From NCBI GenBank assembly GCA_030770535.1, contig JASVEC010000010.1, positions 186,001 through 250,000 of the forward strand: DNA of 64,000 nt. Direction: 5' to 3'. The notes below the pieces were generated by a model that was given only the letters and a program-made list of their open reading frames with translations, ran no database searches and was not told the origin of the DNA. The position numbers and the translations under genes were made by a program. How positions within the stretch are numbered: position 1 is the stretch's first letter; each line of letters opens with the position of its first letter. The stretch is from Batkoa obscura. Its lineage: Eukaryota. Positions 55,710-64,000 of this stretch are shown piece by piece.

Positions 55710-56876
55710 TCAAAAAGGATTTTTATAAGTAACAGGACCAAAGTGATTGGAAATAAACTCATAACAAAGAAAACCAACTGCAGTAGAAGGAACAGCTTTG
55801 TACAGAGAATTACCGAATCCTTTAAAGAAAAAATTCCTTGCACCTTCCCTTTTGATAAGCTTGAGTATTTGCTTTGCGGTGCCACTATAAAGTTTTTTGA
55901 AATAGGGCTGATTAATTTCCATTTTGCCAGCCCTTACTAACAGTATTGTTCTGGCTTTTTCTAAAGGGTAGTCTATAAATTGGAATCCTGTCCCAGCTAT
56001 AATTCCTGATGCTACAACTATACTTCCTTGTTTAAATACTTGACCCCAAGTTAGTTTTGTTTCAGGTGCTTTTATTATACCGTAATGATCTGTCAAATAT
56101 CTTTTGCTATTTTCAAACAATCCAAAAAAGGCTGCAAATCCTAATGAATCCTAGTTCTTTTTAGTAAAAATTAAATGATAAATAATAATTATTACTTTTA
56201 CACAATTTAACAAAAACCCACGATAAGCTGCACTAACTCCCAACTGTTTCAATGTGGATTTATAATACGTCGATATATTCCTATGCTTTCCATCTAACAG
56301 CTGCTTAGCCTCCATCCTTATTTTTATTGAGTCAAAAGGGGTTGCTATAATAGATTGTGAAAACCCAGCCATAAACCCAGCTAGATAAAAAGAAGTACTT
56401 TGGTCAAAATAATTCTTGAAGATGGGAAGTGTTTGATCATAAGTGGCAAATAGACTTATCCCAATAAACGAATTGATAAACATAGGTGGCAAAACATACT
56501 TTGGTATAAATTTCACCCCCTTTTTTTTGACCGCATGAGATATCAACCCAATAGATGTAGTTCGAAAATTAATTAATTGTCCACTTTTTTTTTTCATTTG
56601 TTCAGGTGGAACAAGCGCTCTGGCTAAATCTAAGTAATCTATTCTTATTGGCCTGAACAGTTTTATTGGGGCGCGAAACCAAAAATATAAAGGATACATG
56701 ATTACAGAACGAGCAATCCCAGTTAATACAGAAGAATATGGTGAATTTTTTATTTGGTTTATCGGGTCTATTTCTCCATTAAGTATTGGTGGTATGTTTA
56801 TTTCACAGTTGATATTTGTTTCAGCTAAGGCGTCTCTGTTTATTTCATCAGCTGTTACTTCCACACCTTCTGTCAT
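55710..56876 (-). CDS. Mitochondrial carrier family protein, 2 exons
   Basis: PFDSIKIR and PLEKART carrier signatures; AYRGF, FFKGF...AVPSTAVGFLCYE. Confidence 0.9.
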
Positions 56877-57042
56877 TATTAAAAAACGATTACTTGATAA
56901 GTTACCCAAAATAATTAAGTAATGAAGTTAGCCAATCGTAGTGCTTAATTCTACAACTAAAAATATTGTGAATGTCATTTTTCGTTTCTAACTTTGTCCA
57001 CTTTTTAAACTCTTCGAATTTTGAGCATCATGTAGAGCATAT

Positions 57043-57137
57043 GGAGATGTTTTTTTATTTCATCGCTTTTTCCATTTTTAAGTACTATTTGAGCGGAAGA
57101 ATTGTTAATAAGATTCTTAACCTAAAAACATATCCCC
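57043..57137 (+). mobile_element. ~98-bp MITE
   Basis: Consensus match; ATAT/ATAC flanks. Confidence 0.85.
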
Positions 57138-57317
57138 ATACATTGTTCTAAATGTGATTTGTTAGTTCTTGAGTCAAATAAAAGGAACAATAAATATCAA
57201 AAAGGTAAGTTATAATATTTATTAGAAACAACAAAAACAAGATGAGAACAAAGCTAGATATTGATCTAAATTCATGACTTTAAAATATAAAGTTAACTAA
57301 AAAAGTAAAGCTTAAAA

Positions 57318-58100
57318 TTAAAAGCAATCACCAGCACCAGCACCGCAACCTCCATGTTGTAAGTCAAATTGACCAACTGTACCAAAGATTGACGTAAAAT
57401 TGTATTCTTTAGCAAACCCATCTTCAATAAAACTCTTATTTAAATATGCTTCGTAACCCTTTTTTCCGAATGATAAAGCAATAATTTTACCAAAATCAAA
57501 GCTCATGATAGCTCTCTTTGAGTTTTTGGTATCTGGGTGAACTGAGGTTAAGAAACACTTCAATAGATGATTGAGTAAAGCATAAGCAAGTACAATCAAT
57601 ATCCTATCTGTTAGATCAATGATTTTGTATAGTTTGAAGGTACCTTCGATGCTTGATTTAGCCATGTAGCTGCCTATATTCTCTTTACTGTAGATTATTT
57701 TACACATATCGCCTCTCAGTTTGATCGAAAATGTTTTATCATTGTTCATGGTATGAAGCTGCCACTCCATACTATTGATAGGTATCAAAGTTGCTATATT
57801 CTTTTCAACTCCATCCATGATCATAAACTTCATCTGAAGACTTTTTCCGGCCATTATCTCTTCAAAGTTCATTTGAACGTGTAGCTCATTACTATCGCAA
57901 AGTAGATAGATTTCTTGCCTATTGATTTTCATTTGGTATTTTTTACCAGCTGCATTAAGTATGTTCCAATAAAACTCATTATCTAAATTCAAATATGATA
58001 GCTTCAATGCATCTAAGTCGCCATTGCTTTCACTAGACCCGAATATCTTCTTGAAAAAATTCTCAACTGCGACTAAAACCATGACTAAAATAACTATCAC
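57318..58100 (-). CDS. Hypothetical protein, copy 1 (possible tubby/LURP-one-like beta barrel); start uncertain
   Basis: 260-aa ORF, identical to 60264-61028 from NGDLDAL to the stop; fold guess is weak. Confidence 0.65.
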   Translation of the reverse strand: MIVILVMVLVAVENFFKKIFGSSESNGDLDALKLSYLNLDNEFYWNILNAAGKKYQMKINRQEIYLLCDSNELHVQMNFEEIMAGKSLQMKFMIMDGVEKNIATLIPINSMEWQLHTMNNDKTFSIKLRGDMCKIIYSKENIGSYMAKSSIEGTFKLYKIIDLTDRILIVLAYALLNHLLKCFLTSVHPDTKNSKRAIMSFDFGKIIALSFGKKGYEAYLNKSFIEDGFAKEYNFTSIFGTVGQFDLQHGGCGAGAGDCF

Positions 58101-58455
58101 TTACAACTGTTTTTTTGCCTTTTTATATTTTTTTTCTGATATATACGATATCACCCTATACTCACTTTTGTTCCATTAAAACTGCTATTAAATTCCAGAA
58201 CAATAAAATGGTCTTATATCAATCAAATAATAATAAACGGAACAGAACAATTAATTGCGAAATTTTAAGACCAATTACTCATAGTAATATGCTTTTAGTT
58301 TAATATTTGAAAAAATTAATAAATTACCACTATAATTTAATTAATTGTATCTTCTGCCATTACATCCTCGGTTTATTAAGCTACTCAAACTGGCTACAAT
58401 ATGAGTTTATTATGTTATATTGCATCCCTAGATTATCCTTAAAAATATGACTATT

Positions 58456-58553
58456 GGGGATGTATTTTTGTGTTTAAGAATTTTACTAACAAATTTTCCG
58501 CTCAAATAGCGCTTAAAAAATGGAAAAAATAATGAAGTCAAAAAAACACTCCC
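58456..58553 (-). mobile_element. ~98-bp MITE
   Basis: Very close consensus match; flanks TATT/ATTA, so no clean TSD. Confidence 0.88.
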
Positions 58554-59178
58554 ATTATATTTTTAAAACATGTTAAAAGAACAAAAAATAAGCAATCGTA
58601 TTTAAAGTTGCGGCAAAATACCTAAGGTTCTTACATGAAGGTATGATTTTTAAAGCTTACTAAACAAAAACAAAATAGTTCACCAATATTTTTATCTCAC
58701 CTGGCCTGATTATGAGTAAAAGCTAGGCTAAGCCAACCGTATCAAGGTTTTAATGTGAATATTAAAACTATGATAGTTGGAAACTTAGAATATCACATTA
58801 AAAGTCCTTTTTATTTTTATTCTTTAGTAATGCCATTGTAAAGTAAAGAAACACCGCTTTTAAGGAATATAAATTTATCGCTATTATAACAAAATACCTA
58901 CTACTTTATTTGGCAATTATATGCCTTCACCCTTTGACTGACATTTTATAGTTTTAACGAATATCTCAGTAATATAAATTATTTTTATAAACATCTAAAA
59001 GGGTCAACTCTAAGGTTGTGACTAATAGTATCCTTTTTTAAGTTGATCCGAAAAAAAAAGTAAGTATTATCCTTCAATTATCCTAACTAAATTATTGTTA
59101 AAAAGTTTAGTTTTAGTACTCTAGTAATTTATACAAGTAATCATCTTATCAAATAATTATAAATGTAAAAAAATATAT

Positions 59179-59277
59179 GGGGATGTTCTTTTTGATTTCA
59201 TTACCTTTTCCATTTTTTAAGCGCTATTTGAGCGGAAAATTTGTTAGTAAAATTCTTAAACACAAAAATACATCACC
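59179..59277 (+). mobile_element. ~98-bp MITE
   Basis: Consensus match; ATAT flanks. Confidence 0.9.
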
Positions 59278-59426
59278 ATATAATAGAAATAATAGAAAGG
59301 ATGGATTAATATTATAAATCCTTCTAGTGAATAACTATTGTATAGGCTACAAAATGTTTGTTACTTTCTATTAGTAGAATTTTCATAGCATTTTCAATAA
59401 ATTTAACTTTATTATATTTAACTAGT

Positions 59427-59517
59427 GAGGGTTTTTTTAGTTTCATTATTTTTCCATTTTTTAAGTGCTATTTGAGCAAAAAGATAGTACAATTCTTAAA
59501 TAAAAAAATACATTCCC
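59427..59517 (+). mobile_element. ~98-bp MITE, degenerate
   Basis: TTTCATTATTTTTCCATTTTTTAAGTGCTATTTGAGC...AAAATACATTCCC. Confidence 0.78.
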
Positions 59518-59733
59518 AGTATAAAATTTACATTCGGCTTTTAGAGTTTTTATGAATTAATGTAAGCTATAATAATTTAATGAATATAGAAAACAAATTA
59601 CATAAATACCAAAATCCCACTATGCTTGAAAGGACTTTATTTAAAATAACAAATTCGAACAAACATTATCAAAATATCAAAAAAAATGAAAAATGAAAAA
59701 GTATTGTCACTTAGAATTCTAAAATATAGATAT

Positions 59734-59832
59734 GTGAATGTTTTTTCTGGCTTCATTACTTTTTCCATCCTTTAAGCATTATTTGAGCGGAAATTTTATT
59801 AGTAAAACTCTTGAACCTAAAAATACATACCC
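59734..59832 (+). mobile_element. ~98-bp MITE
   Basis: Consensus match; ATAT flanks. Confidence 0.83.
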
Positions 59833-60263
59833 ATATATATCACTTAATATGATACATTCAATAATTTTTTTTTAGTATATTAAGCATTGTATTTTAGTAT
59901 ATTTAAATATTTAAACTTTTGTTTTATTTTATTGGATAATTGACTTAAAAAAAATCACATATTCAATAAATAGCATCAATTGACTAAAAGCTATATTATG
60001 TATTTTATTAAACAGAAAAAGAAATAAGCGATACTAATAGATAGCAAACATTGGCTGATAGAATTAAATAAGGGCCTTCAACTATTAAGTGCTTAAAGTT
60101 TATACCTGACCACCTAATTACAGATAAGACACGAAATTCTACAATTATTAATTATAGCTAAATAACGACAAAAAATAGAGTATACAATACATTTATCCTT
60201 TACCACATAATTAGTTTAAAATACTAAATAACTAAAATCATAAAATATAGAACATTAACACAA

Positions 60264-61028
60264 TTAAAAGCAATCACCAGCACCAGCACCGCAACCTCCA
60301 TGTTGTAAGTCAAATTGACCAACTGTACCAAAGATTGACGTAAAATTGTATTCTTTAGCAAACCCATCTTCAATAAAACTCTTATTTAAATATGCTTCGT
60401 AACCCTTTTTTCCGAATGATAAAGCAATAATTTTACCAAAATCAAAGCTCATGATAGCTCTCTTTGAGTTTTTGGTATCTGGGTGAACTGAGGTTAAGAA
60501 ACACTTCAATAGATGATTGAGTAAAGCATAAGCAAGTACAATCAATATCCTATCTGTTAGATCAATGATTTTGTATAGTTTGAAGGTACCTTCGATGCTT
60601 GATTTAGCCATGTAGCTGCCTATATTCTCTTTACTGTAGATTATTTTACACATATCGCCTCTCAGTTTGATCGAAAATGTTTTATCATTGTTCATGGTAT
60701 GAAGCTGCCACTCCATACTATTGATAGGTATCAAAGTTGCTATATTCTTTTCAACTCCATCCATGATCATAAACTTCATCTGAAGACTTTTTCCGGCCAT
60801 TATCTCTTCAAAGTTCATTTGAACGTGTAGCTCATTACTATCGCAAAGTAGATAGATTTCTTGCCTATTGATTTTCATTTGGTATTTTTTACCAGCTGCA
60901 TTAAGTATGTTCCAATAAAACTCATTATCTAAATTCAAATATGATAGCTTCAATGCATCTAAGTCGCCATTACCTTCATTTGGTCCGAATATTTTTCTAA
61001 TAATAGCTTGAAATTTAGATTTTATCAT
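60264..61028 (-). CDS. Hypothetical protein, copy 2
   Basis: 254-aa ORF with ATG; ends HGGCGAGAGDCF. Confidence 0.75.
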   Translation of the reverse strand: MIKSKFQAIIRKIFGPNEGNGDLDALKLSYLNLDNEFYWNILNAAGKKYQMKINRQEIYLLCDSNELHVQMNFEEIMAGKSLQMKFMIMDGVEKNIATLIPINSMEWQLHTMNNDKTFSIKLRGDMCKIIYSKENIGSYMAKSSIEGTFKLYKIIDLTDRILIVLAYALLNHLLKCFLTSVHPDTKNSKRAIMSFDFGKIIALSFGKKGYEAYLNKSFIEDGFAKEYNFTSIFGTVGQFDLQHGGCGAGAGDCF

Positions 61029-61424
61029 TGTATTTTTTATTAATTCTTTTTTTCAAGATTGTTAGTTTAGCCCCTTTTATACTTTAAAAATTATTAATTT
61101 TTATTTAAAGCCCACAGTGAGGACAATTGAGGTTTTAATTAGAAAGTTCGAATTTTCTTTTCATCAACTTATTTTAGTTTTAATCTAAATGAGCCTGAGT
61201 TTAACTGTTATGACATATTGGCATTTTATAATAATTTATATTTAACAGTTTAAACTTGTAAAGTATATAAAAATATTATTACTCTGTTAAATAAATATAA
61301 ATTAATTTGATAGTTAAAATTAATTAAAAATAGCAACTAAAAACATGAAGTAAAAAAATTAAAAATTTATAAGCGCTTTGAAGTTAGGACAATGTTAATA
61401 AAAAACAAATTTATAAAAAATTAA

Positions 61425-62402
61425 TTATTTCGAGTAGTCAATCTGCGAAATTTCTTTTAAGCAATCCTTCATTGCTTTATGAGTTTCTTCCATAAGGTCT
61501 TCAAGATCATCTTTAGTTTTACCTTTAGTAATGATAGGTGGCAATACTAAGTTATTAGAATAATCCTTGAATAAAACAACTGATATCTAAATTACCTTTC
61601 ATTCCCATACCACCAGACTCAAACCTCCATTTCTTCATATTAAAGATATGACTGGTATTAGAGTATACTATTGGAATAATTGGAAATCCAGTTTGAATAG
61701 CTAGATGGAAAGCTCCTTTCTTAAAGGGTAAAAGGTCTGGAGTTTCAAACCCAGATCTAGTGCCTTCTGCATAAACAAAAACGCCCATCTTAATTATTAG
61801 TTGCTATTCACTAACTATATAGTTAATATTTACCTGCTTCTCGGTCATTCGTCTAGCAAGTTCATTAGATTGATCAATGGCTTGCTTTGCATTTTGACGA
61901 TCAATCATTAATGTGTTTGAGAACATTACTAATAATGTAAATAACAAGACCTTTTAAAAATATTAAGAAACTTACAATACTGTCCAAGGAATGGTACATA
62001 TCTTAATGACTTCTTAACAATGATGGCAGTATTCTTAGGGTAAATTGTACCTAAAAATGAAACGTCTAAAGTGGATTGATGGTTACCAATATATATAGCT
62101 GGTTTTCCATTGTATTCTTTGATCACTGAGTCATCTAACACATTAAACTTAACATTTAAGAATAATTGTGATATAAATGAAAAAAATCTCCCAGTTATAT
62201 AATGAACGTATGCTTCTTTACCAAGAACTCGACATATTACTGATACTACTACTCCTAAAAACCCAGTTACAAAATAACAGTTAGCAAGGATGATGCAGCG
62301 AACAATAAATCGCACTTTGCTTGAGAATTGAAATAAAGAGATGAACAAGAGGATAGCTACTGTAGTGTATTTAAGATCGAAAAAATTCAAAAAATCCAAC
62401 AT
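61425..62402 (-). CDS. SLC1: 1-acyl-sn-glycerol-3-phosphate acyltransferase, 4 exons
   Basis: NHQSTLD, KKSLRYVPFLG, IDRQN, YAEGTRS, LPFKKGAFHLAIQ. Confidence 0.93.
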
Positions 62403-62782
62403 GGTGGTTAATAAAGACTCAAATACAGTTGGTGCAAGTATGTTGGATTATATTTTTTATAAAGACAAAACTATGATTTATAAACTTTTTTTGTATTTTT
62501 TTTAAAATAGCTCGTTTTTAAATTCCCTTGCTTTAACCAATCAGTGGTGCCTACTGGTGAACTATTCTGGATTTAGTAGCCATATCCGTTACTTTAAAAT
62601 TACTATCCCTTTCTATTAAAAATAATTTATTGGACTTTGGGCTAATCCTTCTTTTTTATAACGTTAATTATTTTCGAATTTAAATCCCATTACAAAATCC
62701 CCAGCAAACCAAACTCATTTTAATTCCAAATAACCGAAATTGTTTTCAATTTTTAAATTATATAAAACCTTACAAAATAGAA

Positions 62783-63662
62783 ATGGCAAACGCAACAAAC
62801 GGAGACTTGAAGAACGTACATATGGTACCAATGGCACCTAAAGTGCCCAAAACAACAATAGAAAAGGAAAATACTCGTAGATTGATAGTAATCTTAGAAA
62901 GCGCTTCTTTAGAAACTTATAAAGTTGGTAAAAGTAGTGATGCTAAATATCAGTTATTGAATTGTGATGAACATCAAAGGATTTTATTGAAACTCGGTAA
63001 AGACATAACGGATTCAAGACCTGATATCACCCATCAAGTAAGGCATTTTTTAAAAATCGATGCTTAAATTTAATCAGCATTATAGTGTTTGTTAACATTA
63101 TTAGATTCTCCTTTAAATAAAGCTGGAAAATTACAAGTATTTATTCATACAACTAAAAATGTATTGATTGAAATCAACCCACATGTACGTATACCAAGAA
63201 CTTTCCGCAGATTCGCTGGATTAATGGGTATAGATTTAATATTTTATTTCGAGGTTTTATACTTATCAGTTATTAGTTCAATTATTACATAAATTATCCG
63301 TACGCTCCACTACAAGTAATGAAAAATTACTAAAAGTAATTAAGAACCCCATCACCGATCATTTGCCAAGTAACTGCAAAAAAATATGTAATATTACTTT
63401 TCAAAAAATAGAACAAAACTTAACAAAACTTAAATTAGGTTTCTCATATGACGCTCCATTAATTAACGTAAATCAATATGTTAAAAAGCTACCAGAGGAT
63501 CAAAGTTTAGTAGTAGCTATTGGAGCTTTAGCTCACGGTGAAGATAACTTTGCCGATCAATATGTAGATGAAAAGATATCGATTTCTTCTTACCCCTTAT
63601 CTGCTTCAGTAGCTTGCGGTAAATTAACCTGTGCCTTTGAAGAATTATGGAATATTTTATAA
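62783..63662 (+). CDS. EMG1: 18S rRNA pseudouridine N1-methyltransferase Nep1/Emg1, 4 exons
   Basis: [59 protein letters not shown]. Confidence 0.96.
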
Positions 63663-63792
63663 GCTTTTAAATAATTTTAAAATTTTTACCTTTTTTTATT
63701 ATAATAAATAGAATTTGTTTTTTTACAACAATACTTCAAATTAGCAAATACCAAAAATTAACAATAAACTGTAACTTTTATTATTAAAAAAA

Positions 63793-64000
63793 TTAATAGT
63801 CTAGTCCAAGGGACCAATCTTCAGCTACCATAAGTTTAGGATCCTTGACAGTAAGTATTTTCTCTTGTTTATTGAAGTTAAATTCAACTTCACGACCACA
63901 TTTTAAGCAAACCACCTTCTTGGGGCTCTTTTTGATATTTAAGAACACAATTTTTTCAACACGAACACCTTTAAAGAACTCTTTCAGCCCTTCAGAAGGT
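63793..64000 (-). CDS. C-terminal end of a GH31 glucosidase II alpha-like protein (partial)
   Basis: ..VRVEKIVFL..LTVKDPKLMVAEDWSLGLDY* resembles the glucosidase II alpha C-terminal beta domain; truncated by the window edge. Confidence 0.6.
   Translation of the reverse strand, partial: PSEGLKEFFKGVRVEKIVFLNIKKSPKKVVCLKCGREVEFNFNKQEKILTVKDPKLMVAEDWSLGLDY

Overview
This is very AT-rich eukaryotic genomic DNA with many short (~45-70 nt) GT-AG introns. Homoisocitrate dehydrogenase (alpha-aminoadipate lysine pathway) and a DASH subunit point to a fungus; an early-diverging lineage such as Zoopagomycota is an inference only. Genes identified: S28 serine peptidase, class 3 lipase with a decayed 5' end, SET-MYND (SMYD) methyltransferase plus two pseudogene copies, LYS12, two Nup85-like paralogues, NSUN5/RCM1, Vps68, HMT1/ABCB6-type ABC transporter, Hsk3, ZW10/Dsl1, PARL/Pcp1 rhomboid, an HSF-domain protein, a GRAM-VASt (Lam) protein, two Thr/Cys-rich secreted proteins, a mitochondrial carrier, a duplicated hypothetical gene, AGPAT/SLC1, EMG1 and the end of a GH31 glucosidase. 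The main accessory system is a family of DNA transposons. Two near-identical, inverted ~2.45 kb Sola-like DDD elements have GG..CC termini, ATAT flanks and the same frameshift splitting the transposase. About 23 copies of a ~98 bp MITE share the termini and have 4-bp TSDs; there is also a truncated end fragment and a transposon/MITE chimera. Several paralogue pairs show sharply bounded tracts of near-perfect identity inside diverged homology, which suggests ectopic gene conversion or assembly collapse. All family assignments come from motif recognition by eye, not database searches, and exon boundaries are approximate.
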